Notes under the pieces: model-generated | What the model saw: only the letters and a program-made list of their open reading frames with translations | What the model was told of the DNA's origin: nothing | The model's database searches: none | Source of the DNA: Phoronis australis | Taxonomy: Eukaryota; Animalia; Phoronida | Reading direction: 5' to 3' | NCBI GenBank assembly: GCA_002633005.1 | Contig: NMRA01000256.1 | Location: 1-64,000, forward strand | Length of the DNA: 64,000 nt | Program-made: the position numbers and the translations under genes | Shown here: positions 11,247-24,287 of the stretch, piece by piece | Position numbering within the stretch: position 1 is the stretch's first letter | How the letters are laid out: each line of letters starts with the position of its first letter

Positions 11247-12740
11247 AGTATAGTTAGTTGCTTAGGTGCCCCGTTTAAGTGGCTCTGCGGTCAAAGGTCA
11301 TTGGTCCAATGTGAAACGTCAAACGTCACGTGTGAGAAGTATAATCGGAAGTGATGTCATCTTCCAACTGGAAAGAATTGACAATGACGTCACAACTCAT
11401 TACGTAATAGATTCAATTGGGCCTATTGGAGAGGGACCTTGATCCAAGGTCAAGGTCATGCGTGTAACAGGAAAACGTTATTAAACCGGAAGGAAAACGA
11501 GGTCGAATCGGAAGTCACGTGACTGCTGACGTCATCAGGTAGGTTAGAGCGTGGCACTGTCCACACACTAGAAGTTATAAAAAGATTACGCTGTGTTTGT
11601 AAAGTTCAACTGGTCTAGAGTGGAAACAAAATAGGGATTGTGCAGCGAACTGAAGGAGAACAAAAGGTTGATTCCCTTATTTTGTGTGCGACATGTGTCG
11701 TCGTTGCATTATCCTCTTTGTTTTCTCGTATCTCTCATCGACAGATGTCGCATATAACCCGTGAAAGGTACTAATAAGCAGACATTGTTACGACCTAAAA
11801 TAGAACATAAATTTAATATTGTTTAAACGTGTGTAAATAACAAGACATTCAAATACAGTACAAAAATCATCAAGGCGTTCAGACACCTTCATTTGTACAA
11901 GTAGTAAATTATTAAATGTCCTGAATTAAACGTTCAAATGTCGAGTGGTGACGCCGTCTTCGAACACCAGTCTTTTGAGATAAAAGACACTTGAAGATAC
12001 ATGGTGTTATCGCCGCCTAACCGAAGTCCTTTGTTGAGGGCCGAGCGACTCCTAGTGGTCCGCAACAATCTGAGATACCTCACCTTATTCATTTCATTTC
12101 TCTGCCGTTGTACTCCTTTACAGCTAAAATGAGATTTACCGTCGTCCGCCCCCTACGTAATACGTTTTAGAGCAAAGTGCGATGCAGTAATCCCCTTCGA
12201 ATTCTAACTTCAACAAACCAGGCGTGCGCATGTCGATCTTAGGCCTCGTTTTCTTCCGTGTCTGTTCGTGGAAACCTGAGGTGTTTTCCCCTCTCCAAAC
12301 GGTCTCACATGTCCTATAGCCAGTTATCGGACATGGCCATGTGGGCCAATTCTATGTCGATCTCGCAATATTTGAAATCAGATCTGTCGACGAATCTTAA
12401 CATGAAGTCGTAGTAAAACTCCATAATGCGCAACTTCTCGTACTGATAGACAAAGAAGCTTATTTGAACCGGCAGGTTCAGGTGGATGGTCAATTTTTTC
12501 ATCTCCAATTTGTAGGTTCTGTTCCCGATGTAGTTGACGTGTCTAAATTCAGGGAACTGGACCTCCCGTTGAGCCTTAGCCTCTTCGCAGTACTTGACGT
12601 CACGATGCCTTTCTTGATTCGTTATCGTCTTACCATACGCACTGTTACCTGGTCTGCGCTACAATAGATATGTTTTTGTCTTTGTCCCCTTCTCGCCTAG
12701 CGCCGCTGATTTCCTTAACAACACGCTCGAAATATTTTAG
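11247..12740 (-). mobile_element. Polinton/Maverick fragment: one terminus plus decayed protein-primed DNA polymerase B
   Basis: Minus-strand remnants NSAYGKTITN, LNLPVQISFFVYQYEKLRIMEFYYDFM..FVDRSDF, TPGLLKLEFEGD, ALCSKTYY, FSCKGV, KRLVFEDGVTTRHLNV* (stop 11926); AGT-like end at 11247 followed by aaggtca/ggaagtga/tgacgtca motifs. Confidence 0.85.
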
Positions 12741-12789
12741 GGCAGCAATTTTGACCACTTGATAGATGTTTGTTATCTCCCACGGCCAA

Positions 12790-12926
12790 GCAGGCCATGA
12801 CACCTCCTAAAATTCTACCAGATTACATTTGGCAGTTCGGGGGTGCAAATGTCTGACGGACAATATCCTGGCTAATACTCTGCCCTGCCCCCCCCCTCCT
12901 AACTCAAAATCCTGGATCCGCCCCTG
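12790..12926. mobile_element. Short MITE fragment, same family as 46282-46439 in opposite orientation
   Basis: Ends cctggatccgcccctg; interior matches the reverse complement of about 46318-46405. Confidence 0.6.
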
Positions 12927-12977
12927 TCTCCAGGCCGTTTTCCAAGTACCATTTCAATTTGTGGGTTAACAAGCGTC

Positions 12978-13112
12978 GTATGTTGCTGCATGTGCATGTT
13001 ACTGAATGTGCATGTTACGGTATGTGCATGTTACTGTATGTGCGTGTGCATGTTACTGCATGCGAGCTCGCATGCGCGTGTGTGTATGTGTTACTGTGCA
13101 TGCATGTTACTG
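12978..13112. repeat. Imperfect tandem repeat of gtgcatgttact with TG runs
   Basis: gcatgttact recurs about six times. Confidence 0.85.
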
Positions 13113-14230
13113 GGCACCTTGTCGTCATCACCAGCTTTTAAATCAATTTCAAAAGAATTTCTACAGTATATCCTTTTTCTTTTGTAATGAAATGAACAAA
13201 TACCCCCAAAATGCCATTATTTAAAAATGTCCAAAAGTGTTGCCAGCGAAGTAGATTTTTGCCATTCTGGCTTGTTTGAAGGACATCTGAAATCACAGCC
13301 GATTCTTCAGTCGCTTCTCAAAAATGCACAAATGCAATAGGGCCTCCGTCTTGAATGAACTGAGTCGAACAGGTACTTTTTTCTCATTCTCAGCATGTTC
13401 ACAAATACAAAGAATCCAGATTCGCTGAGCCAACACGCAACGCCAACCTTAAAACTGCCTCCAAACTTGGACAACCCGGGCCTGGAATAGTTTGACCGTT
13501 TAATCTAATCACTGTTCTCGACACTTGAAACTTAACATGGCCAGCTTTTAGTAAGCTTACACAAAGTTGAACAGAAGTCTAGTGGAGTGATTATGCGGCG
13601 TGGTTGATTCAGTTTGTCCGAGTTGAGTACACGGTGGAGATTGGCTGACTATAGCTTCGGAATATATCTCAGAAATGTATGAAACATTTTGAGGCTATGT
13701 TATGTTTTCAAAAAAAATTTTAGGATTTGTTTTTAAATGTTCCACTTTTACACGATTGGCTATCAAAAACGCTTTTCATGAAAAATATATAAAATTGCAT
13801 AAAACGAAATCGAAAGGATGATTTCTACAACTGTAACAGCGTTTTCGAGATTTAATTTGAACATCAATATCAAACAAAATTTGGTCATATTGTTCATATC
13901 GTTGTTTTGTTATGATGGTACCATTCTTTTTAGCAACTTTTACAGACGTGGTCACGTAATCCAATTAACATCAGCTTGGTATTAAGTCAAAACTCAGACT
14001 TTATACTTTCAGAAAATACGTGTATATAGTTTTATTGAATTAAAATCTATAATTTTGTATGCATTTCACTAAAGATACACCCTTGTCGATTAAGTCCAGG
14101 ACCAGTATAACCTGAATTCTTTGAAGTCTAAAACGTGAGGATTTGAGAATTATTCTATTCGTTTCTTGTAGAGTTACAAACATTTATCCTGTGCACACAT
14201 AAATCAATAAGCTTGACAATCATTTCTCAC

Positions 14231-14341
14231 CCAAGTCGCAGTTTTTCCCGTAATATCCTGGTCTACATGTACAGTTGTAGTTGTCAATGAGATCGGTGCA
14301 ACTGGCGCCATTTTTGCACGGTGACAAGCTGCAGGCATTGG
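14231..14341 (-). CDS. WSC-EGF-F5/8C gene, EGF-like exon
   Basis: ttttcAG to GTgag, phase 1-1; NACSLSPCKNGASCTDLIDNYNCTCRPGYYGKNCDL with six cysteines. Confidence 0.93.
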
Positions 14342-15677
14342 CTGAAAAAGAGCAGTCGACAACCTTTATAGACCTGAAATAATTATGGTATACTTTCTTT
14401 GGTATGGAAGAATATTTGCTTTTCTTGAAGTTCATGATATCGACTCCGCAAACATTTTGTTCATAAATTTGAAATTATTTCGGTTGTGTCAGTTAAACTA
14501 AAGCATTATACTTGCTCATCATGACGATATCGGGTTTCATTTAACTTCAACTAAACTTTTGAATCTAACTAGACAACTAGTTCTACCCTGGTTTAATGGT
14601 GCAAGTGCAATTTTCACCAAGCCGTTATCAAACAGTGATATGTTAGTATTTCTGGCATTTCATTTCACGGGTAAAATCCAATACAGCGCGATCGATTCAT
14701 GACATACTTGTCAATTAAAAGGATACTAAGCCATGTTCCGTCCTTTTCATACAAATCTGGCTGTTACTGCTGCACCACTACTTGTACTTCCAGAGCATTG
14801 TTCAAAGTCTATATTTTTCTTAAAGGAGACAGGCAGTCTTGAAATCTTCCTTCACGAAGAAACTGTTGATCGATAACCGGGCTCTCGTGTTTTTAGCTCA
14901 GGTGTTTAGTGCAGTAAGCCCAACCATGAGGCCTGCGCACGTCTGCAGCACCGCAAATGACATCAGATTACCTGCTCTCTTTTTTATTGTTCATCATAAA
15001 TGTGCGAGTTTGAAATGGGTGGGCTTTTCACAGGCTCCGGTTCACCCACATAAAGCGTGAGTCACGCTTGCCAATTTAGAGAGCATGCAAAGATTTCTAA
15101 ACCCTAGGCCACACTTTTCACTGTTGACGAGTTGCGAAATATTGTTTTTTAGATAATATAGCCTAGTCGCAATTAGCATCTATCAGTAAAAAGGCTAACC
15201 AGTGTTTACTAGCCTTTTAATAACTAACACATGACTAATACAACGATTGGAGCGAAAGTGCAAAGATGGTGTCTCTCCCGTGCATTCGAATGATAGCGTG
15301 AAACAATACCTACTAAAACAACGGTTCAACTGCCCTGGTTTACGACTTGTAAATAACCGTCGTATTCTGTAACCGGAGTGTGTAGACATGTGTTCCGACA
15401 CAATTTTTTGAGCTAAAAAGTCAAATGAATATGATTTGCCGATTGTGCTGGGACTCTTGTTCGAGTAAATAGAAATCATTTTCGATAATCGGATTCAATC
15501 ATTTTCTACACGGTCCGATTGCCGTATACGACTTCGTGCACAAAGTCCGACATGGAGACTGGGATTAACATCGCGAAATGTACAATGCACTCTTCTGTTA
15601 TGACTCAAAAAAATGGCATGATGGGTTGAAGGTGTGTTCCTTGACCCTCATGAATTTCTCGCAACAGCTGTGGTTAC

Positions 15678-15852
15678 CCAAACTGGCGTAGACGCTGAAG
15701 TGGCTACCGTCCCCACATCTCTGGTTGGAGTCCGCATTACAGTTCGTAGTACATCTGTTGAATTGTTTGTCGGTGGAGCGAGAGTGGTACTCGTCCGGAA
15801 TGGTGAAGATCCCCGTCTGGACACTGGTCAAATCATCAGTGCACCAGCACTC
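15678..15852 (-). CDS. WSC-EGF-F5/8C gene, WSC second-half exon
   Basis: cgtAG to GTaac, phase 0-1; ECWC...CTTNC...QRCGDG..FSVY. Confidence 0.88.
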
Positions 15853-17189
15853 CTACGGTAACGTGTTACAACGATGTTATCCAAATCAGCAAAGAAACAG
15901 AATAAAATGAGTGAAGCATGAAATGATTTGTTAAAATATGGCATAAAATTTGAGCTGGTAAATTCCCAGAAAAAAATGTCGAATTGTGAGCAAAATAAAT
16001 CCCCTCCTGTTAAAATACCCTTTGCTTCGGACCTTTGACAGTTATAAAACTGGTGTAAAATTGTTTGCCTGGATTATCAATGATTTCTGTTCTCTGGGGT
16101 GAATTGGTCGTTCGCTTGATGTCTTGAATGCAGATTCAATAAGCTACCATGAGTCATCTCATGCTCCAAAACTAATATGGCTGACTAGTCACACTGGTTC
16201 CGATATCAAACACCAGATTGAGGATAGCCTCATTATCGATAATGATTCTGGCATTGAAAATTACTGGGCCCAGCTGAATGAGCTAATTCTTAAACACGAA
16301 CAGTTTCTTCCCAAGTTCAGAAATTATTACAATCTGAGCAATGAACCAGGTGAAACCAGTTTTACAAAAATATGAGGTCTAAAATGTATTGGACACAAGG
16401 CAAATATCTTGGCATATATCGGGTGTACTAAGAAAAAACGTTCCAAGGGTCAAATGGTTGTACCTTCAACACTTTCGGACGTGTGCTTTTGAAACATCGC
16501 TTAAATAAAATTTGGAGCCTTTTTACGCTTTGTAAGAACAATCTCGCACTACCGTTTTACGATTTGACTCGACATCAAATTCAAAAATGCTAGTTAAAAA
16601 TTTATTATCTCACAGACAGCTGACAGAATACATAGGGAACATCATTCGAAAGTTCAATACATGCTACAACAAAATGCATCTACATTTGTCACAGAGGTTT
16701 TTGCCGTTGATTCAGTAAAACTACAGACAAGGCAGTTATGGCGTCGTTAAGTATCCGGAGGCGATCAGTTCGAGTTGACGTTGTGAAAAATAAGTGAAAC
16801 TTGTTATTATCTGTGTTTGCAGTAGTAAAGCCAAAATGCTGTTCCTTTAAAATCCCCGTTTTGCCGATCAAAAAGTGTGAGAGGTCTCATTGTTAAATTT
16901 CTGTGTTAAACCTAGACCTGGTGCTGAACACGACAGTGATGATTTTACCTTCATCCAGGTGTGTGATGTCTTATTTTTCAACTTTTTTACATTTTCATAA
17001 ATTTGAAGCTCGTAAAATTTGATATGTTTATTTTTGCTACAACTGTGATTGTGGAAATTGTCGTATACTTACATGTTAATTTGAATCTTGGAACAGTTTT
17101 TGTGATGGTACACAGACTCGTTATGATTGCTAGATGCTTTCCTCCACCTGGTGTTACCTATATGTACGTAGGTTCAACAAAAAACTTAC

Positions 17190-17359
17190 GTTTCCGTTCT
17201 TCAGTCCTGCATACTTGTATCCATCCGACCAACATTGTGCAGTGCACGTTTGCGGTGTCACACCGCCGTTAGGTGTCACTTGGGTAGTAAATGAGGGATT
17301 GCTGCTTTGAAAACAGCCAATGTAGTCGAGCCCGTTGACGACTTTTTTGGCGTTAGTTG
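17190..17359 (-). CDS. WSC-EGF-F5/8C gene, WSC first-half exon
   Basis: ttttcAG to GTaagt, phase 1-0; YIGCF...VTPQTCTAQCWSDGYKYAGLKNGN joins ECWC in frame. Confidence 0.9.
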
Positions 17360-17947
17360 CTGAAAAGAATACAAAAACAGAGCTGTGACGATCCTTTTTC
17401 TTGTTGTACTGTTTTTACGAAGAAACGTAATTAGGAGGCGCCTCCATAGGGGACCGCACAGACGGGACACGGTGGTAAGCAACTGAGGAGGTGGCAGCGA
17501 AATTATTGGCGACCGGAGAAAGACCTGGCAGGCGGTACAAAACTAGTAAGGACGAGGGGAAGTATGGGCGGATTTAGTGAGAGACAAGGTTACTGCCTCG
17601 TCTAGAGGGACGACCAAAAAATAAAAATAGATCAAATTCCATAGGCATCAATTTTTTTGGGCTACACAGATATTTTTCGATCGACAATTGTGATTGGGTA
17701 CCCCTCTTACGACTTCATATATGAACGAGTGGACGCGACATTGGGTGCCTCCGAGGAAGAGGGACGGGGCGTCGGAACTGATAGTAACCGGTGGGGTGCC
17801 GAAACGACCAGGGAAGTGACAAAATACTGGTGACTACGGGAAGGCATCGTCATTTTCCGCCGAAGCAATGATAACCTTGCCCTTACCAGGGTCGTTAAGT
17901 TTTTCTTTTGAGATTGCGAAGCTGATGTGTTACCTACTATTATACAA

Positions 17948-19043
17948 AACAAGAGCAACGTGGAGCATTGAAATGCGCCCACGAACGCACCGCAAATGGT
18001 GTGCTTCTAGAGGTGGTTATTGTTATCATAAAAGTGGCCATTAGATGGCGCAAAGTACGTCGAATCCATCCGAAACAAGGGCATATGATCGTTCCTTAAA
18101 CCAAATTTCAAGGAACTTCAGAGAAAGAAAGGAAAATGGAAAAATAAGTTGCCACTAAGAGCCACAGCGTTTGTCATAAAGATCCTGTAGTGGGTTTGGG
18201 AGATACATCTATGGGCGCAGAAAGCAAAACATCTACCAGGAGGCGCCCAGGACTCGAAGTTGTCGGAATATTATCGTCAACTGTCCTATTCACACTAAAA
18301 ACATATAAGCGAATTTTAACTAAGCGTGGTTTGGTTGATAAAAACATGTCATCATTTCCTTAATAGAAAGCTAGTTCCAAAATTTCATAGAAATCTGTCG
18401 GTGATATTCAGAGAAACAAAGGAAAACGGGAAAAAATGAAATTGTCATTAGGGGGCACAGCGTTCGTCGGTTCGATCTGAAAGCCATTGTAGACTGTTGT
18501 CAACTTCAAATAAATATATTTGCTAAATTTAATTAAGATTCTGCAGTAGGATTAGGAGATACAGCTATGGGCGCAAAAAAACAAAACTACCACTACGAGG
18601 CGCCACAGTAGTCGAAGTCGACGGGAAAATCAACGTCAACTGTCCTCTTCACACTAAAAACACATATTCCAATTTTCACAATCATCCTTACAGTGGTTTC
18701 TTTGATACAGGGGTCGACGCAATAAACCTCGAAGCCGTCCGAAAACGGGACGATAGCATTGTCTTGCAAATTAATGCCTAAGTGCCAAATTTCATGAATA
18801 TCTGTTGAGGACCTTTGAAGATGCAGAGATAAACGCAAAGAACTGAAATTGCCACTAGATGGCGCAAATGTAGTAGGATCCGTCTGAAATTCGTCGCTAA
18901 AGGAACACGCACATCTCTTAAATCTCATTAAGATACTGTAAGGGGTTTAGTAGATACAGCTGCGGACTTCGGATGACGGGACGCCCGGACACCCAGACAG
19001 GGATGACGGCATTAATGCTTATAAATATGTTGGCGTATTAAAA
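17948..19043. mobile_element. Probable non-autonomous Helentron-associated (HINE/DINE-1-like) element with internal repeats
   Basis: Starts aacaagag; three diverged internal units (ccaaatttca...gccactag...ggagatac at about 18100, 18375, 18785); GGAC/GACG-rich tract, then ends ttaaaa; family label is from recall. Confidence 0.5.
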
Positions 19044-22000
19044 TGAATTGTTAACGAAATACACTCAAGTACTTTCATATGACATTCTTGTTCCGTATTG
19101 AGAAAGAGACATAGTCTGAATCAGACTGAACAACTAATAATAATGTTTTGTTGCAGATAAATAAAGATACGCAATTCGTGCGAAAAGTTTCCTATACGTG
19201 GAAGTTGCATCGATTCCACGAGAAACATGTATTCTCACACAAAACAGGCTCACATGATTACGGCAGTCTGCATGAGCAGTTTCAATGACTATCATTGAGG
19301 TTAGAAATATATAGTTTCATGGGACTACAACAAATATTTGAAAAATAAACTAAGAATTGTAAACAATGGTATCTAACGATTGTTGCATGTAACCTTGATT
19401 ATATTTACTGCAGTAATCGATTTTAGTCTTTAGGTCAACAAAGCGAACAATGAATAGTTTCGATTGTCGTTTGATATACATATTCATCGCCCTTAGTTTC
19501 ACTGGAAAATGATGTAATCAATAAGTACTAAAATAAAAACGAATGATTCTTCATTCCTGGCGTTCAGGATTTATCGATTTACCAATAGTACGATAGCACG
19601 TATTCTTATGATTTCACATTTACATTGTTTGGAGCCATTGACTTGAGTGGTCAGGCAACATCATCCGTATAATTCTGATTTAACACGATTTCTCCTGTTC
19701 ACCGTGTCTCAAGCTCCTTCGAAAATATAACCTGACTCGTTTTGGCGTATTGGTCAACAACCCACCATAATACGTTTAATAGCAACACTGGAATTAGTTT
19801 TCAACGAATATCAGTACAACCAACGGGTTGTAGAGGTCTCACCAGGAATTTCTGAGGACCCTGATGCAGTTTGGCTCATTCGAAATATGAAATTGAGACC
19901 TTCTGAAATTAGGGCCGTTGTTATCAAAATTCATGATGCGGCTGGTTAATTACTCTTTCAATTAAAAAGAATTGCAAAACCTGTCGCGGCATTGCTAAAA
20001 CGTTAACCATCTAAATGTACCCGCGTTTTTGCCTTTAAGTTTAAGTAGAACCTTATCAACAAACCCGTAGATTTTAACATGAGGAAAGTACATACTTTAC
20101 GAATGTAGAAAGCCTGTAGAATTTCATTTTTGTCTTCATACCAATCTGCCATTAATTGGGTCACGCGACTTGGTCTTTCTAGTAAAAACTACTGTAGATC
20201 AAACCGAAAGGAACATTCGTAGCGAAACTGCGGTATCAATATCATGATAAAATTTTGTTTGGTAAAAATGTTCAAGTTTAAATCTCAAAAACGTTGTTAC
20301 AGTTCTCTAAATGATTTTGTTTTCACTCCATGCAACTTTTGATCTTTTTCATTTCATTTTTCGTTTTGTTCAGGAAAATCATTAAAAGTTATACATGTAT
20401 TTTTGATGGCCCCTTCTGTAAAAGTGTAAGATTTTAACGATTCTCTTTCCGCTTCATTTAAATCAAAACGGATTTTAGCGTAAGTTAGTACAGTAGAAAC
20501 TTAAGGCCAAATGATGGTCACTCAAAACTCCAAATTCAACACTCAATGTTTTCAAACTTTACTGAATTAAACCTGAATTTGTTTAATTAAATTTTCATTT
20601 TTATGGTGCATCATAAACTAAAATGGCCTCTGCAGTGAGTGACAATTGCATTATTGGTACTCATTCGACTGCCGTTTTATGTAATAAGGTTTTCGCGGAA
20701 ACCCGCCCTCTAGTGAAATAAGACAAATACAAACAGGGTTGAAAGTTATAGAATGTTTGTATGTTAGTGATACCTTTCGACTCACGAAACGCATCCTGTG
20801 CTCTAAATTGGTGAATTGAACGGAGTATATTTAAAAACAATTCCGTGCATAAACCATAGTTTCTGAAAATTTCATGCGAATCCGATCTGCTATTTCTGAG
20901 GCTCCCCAAAGTTACTCAAATTTGAAATTTGTTAGGGTTCCTACATAACCTAAAGAAGCAAAAACGTGGGTGAAATTTTGTAGTGCTATCTTTGTGCGCA
21001 CGAATTTCGCCCCATACGTCTGCATTTGAAGCTGCACCAGTATACGGATGCGATACAAAGCTGTCTGGCTGCATCATTGAGTACAAGCACGTAAATGGAA
21101 CACTAAAGGTTAGGAATACATGTTCGACGAAAGTCCCATTACGCAAACAGATCGGTTTGGGGCTGCGTTTGGTGGAGAGCAAAAATCACGCGAAGATGTC
21201 GCTATCATTTCAAGCGAAGCGCGCGACCAAAATACCTTTTCTCACAGCTGTTGGGCTACAGAAAGCGACTGTGGTCTGCCCACCACTCCTTTGAAACTTG
21301 CGCTTCGCTGTTCAAAGAAAAAGCGCACTGCGCAGGCGCAAATTGTCACACCGACCCAAATTGTCACAAACTGTGGCAATAATGGGAAAATTTCCACATC
21401 AATTTTTGTGTGTGACAATTTATGCCTGTACACACTCAAATTGTCACAATAACGTAAGATCCATCAGAAAAATATGTCTTACTGTGAAGATTGAATGTTC
21501 CGTCGAAAAGGCGTGCTTTATTAATTACAGAATGAAAACGCTGTTTGTTTTACAACTGATATTCACGTAGTTGTTCACTGGATTATACGTGGGGAAGTCG
21601 CCAGATTCAAGCGTGTGCATGCACGTTCAACCCGAGTGCGGAGCATTTATGTATATGCCGGGTGGTGGAGACCCACGCTTTATTAAATTACGTTAGGCAC
21701 CCATGCTACACAACTCGGGAACTTTATCACGCACACAACATTTTTACCACGGAACCATAACTCCAACCATAGACAGACACCCTTACCACGGGCAGGATCC
21801 TATGTAGTGACCGATGGGCGCGACCGATTTTCTACAAGGTTACGTCCTTTGATGATCACTTAACACTACCTCATTCGTTTGTAGTATGAGTGCCGGTTTG
21901 TCTGTGAATTGAGTTCTGGTTTCTACATGTAGGTAAGAGTTTTTCGTGCTTGATCAGGGCCGTAGGAAGCGGGGGGGGCTGGGGGAGCATGTGCCCCCCC

Positions 22001-24235
22001 CAATAAATTTTCAGGCGTCAGAGTTAAACCGTGGCAACCGACAAACATGTACGCGTAGGGCAGGGACAGTCGAGAAAAGAAAGATTGCTAAATGCGAGAA
22101 AATTCAAGAGAACATTTAACAACTCTGTATCAGTGCATGGTTTACCTTTTGAGGACCCTGGCCTTGACATTGTTTTCGGGGTACCTGCTTTCGCAGCACA
22201 TGTCGTCTATATGCATTTGGAAACGTGCACATAATGATTCAGACATATATTTCGAAAAATCGACAACATTTGTATTAATTAAATGGATTTCTAAATTCAG
22301 TAAGTCAATTTTGCCACTGCAAAACCGTATTTTTCCTGAGGCCCCTCTCTGGCAAGCCATAACGGAGACAACTGTCGCTTTTTTCTCGATTTGTATATCA
22401 CTTGAGGCAAATTGATGATCTGAAAGATATCATCAATTGCTGCCCATTTTTTGATTTTTGAAAATATAGATATTTTCATATTGAGGGGCCTTGAAGGAGC
22501 CCATTGATGACATTCAAGTGGACTCAGTTCATATACTTTTATTGACAACTTCTTAAGGGTCCGCTCACGGAGAGAGGGCCCAACGTTGCACTCGATTACA
22601 TGTACGTCTATTTTCCTGTTTTTGTGAAATCGTGCAACCGACTTTCATGTTGAAGAAGGTCCTTTCCTGCACCGTCATATTACAACACGACGGTGGAATG
22701 AACTGTCGCTCTTTTCCAATCTTAATGCTGTTTAGCCTTTCATAATTAAGGTGTCCCATTTCAGAAGGGACCCTCTCTTGGTGGAGCAGTACGGGGAAAT
22801 ATCCCTTTGTCCCTCTACACATGTAAATCCGACACTTCCAAGTATTCACGTGGGAAGTTGTGATTCCAAATTCCATCAAAAACACAAAACATTCGTGTAC
22901 AGCACAGAAGTATCAAGACATTCGTCCCATTAACCAAACAATGTGAATAAATACGATAGGATTGGATTGACCGCCATCAAAAGGGAGTCATGAATTTTAA
23001 AGAACATGAAGACCGCTATTTGTTAATTACACAAAAAGACTATTTCCGATGGTTAGTTATAGTATAATGTTACTGTTTTCCATAGTATCACAAAAATAGT
23101 ACCGAAAGCGAAAGAGAATTCATTTTTATAGCACACATATATAAATGGAAAAAGGAAATTTTCTTTCAAGTATCAAGTATTAAATTCACAATTGCAGACT
23201 CGTTTTAGTCTCTTGCATACATGTAGGCGATTTGTTTATGTTTGTTGTCAAATTTCAAGTGATTCACTAGCTGGATTTTTATTGTCATTTTTTGTGTTGA
23301 TGGTGGGTTGCTGCCGAATATATTGATGATTTACTGTCCTGCTTATGTTGTATTTTGGACGTTTTGCAAAAGGAAAGAAAAGCCCACAATTTTGGGATAT
23401 GTAAATCTAAATAGTGTTCATAAATTAATCTATATTTTACAAGGACCTTGGTGACGAGCAAAGGAGGGTGATATCTCCAATGATTAGTTGACGGAACAGG
23501 GGATATTCCGGGCCGTAGCCTACCTATCATCTAAAGTGAAATGCCGCGTAGAACAGTGACACTTTTTCGCTGGAGCTGTCGGATTTTGGATCTGATCGCC
23601 ACTCCCTATCACCAACGGTTGAATACCTACCCTAAAAACACCCGCGTTATGTACGAGTATTCTCAAAATGAAAACCTTTCACCAATTTACGTTTTGAAAT
23701 TTTGGAAAACTTTCATCTGTGTGACTAGTAAAATGGCGCACTATATTTTCAAACATAAAAAGGCACTATTTCAGGTTTAGTAATCCGTGACTGGATACAA
23801 GTTTATTGCAAGGCGATTATCCCGAAGCAAACCTCCAAACTCATAAGAAGAAGGACGCCAATTTCCCGTTAAACTGAATGCTGATATTTGATCAATCTTA
23901 ATTGGTGTCCGGTTCTCTTCCGCGCGCTGTTTTAGGTACCACCGAAAATTATAATTTTGAGTGCGTTTGTGAAAAATGCCTTTACATAAGTTTTCAGATA
24001 TAACATCTTGAATACTTATATACAAAAATTATTATGTCAACCATTAAATATATAAAATGGACTGTTGATTTGCTGTGGAAGTACCTAAATTTTACTAAAA
24101 GCATGGCCCGTGACCCAGTCAATGACAAAATTAAATTCTACACGATTTCTATTTTCATAAAATACAACCCTTGTAAATATTCAACTAATGCGCAGTGTGG
24201 CAGATAAGGTTACTAGGAAGTTTCATTCCACTTAC

Positions 24236-24287
24236 CATAACATAACCAAGCAGTGATAACCAGAGAGATGCCCTTCACTTTCATCAT
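24236..24287 (-). CDS. WSC-EGF-F5/8C gene, probable first coding exon (signal peptide)
   Basis: MMKVKGISLVITAWLCY then g|GTaag, phase 1; splicing to 17359 gives ...LCYATNA/KKVV, a plausible signal peptidase site; all seven exons total 999 nt, 332 aa. Confidence 0.7.

Noticed and set aside
19843-19902. Open phase 1-1 candidate exon (GLNFIFRMSQTASGSSEIP) with AG/GT inside the WSC gene
   Set aside because: It would interrupt the signal peptide formed by direct splicing of 24236 to 17359; at most a minor cassette
21955-22920. G/C-rich transposon-like end followed by short ORFs
   Set aside because: No second end or transposase motif could be identified with confidence
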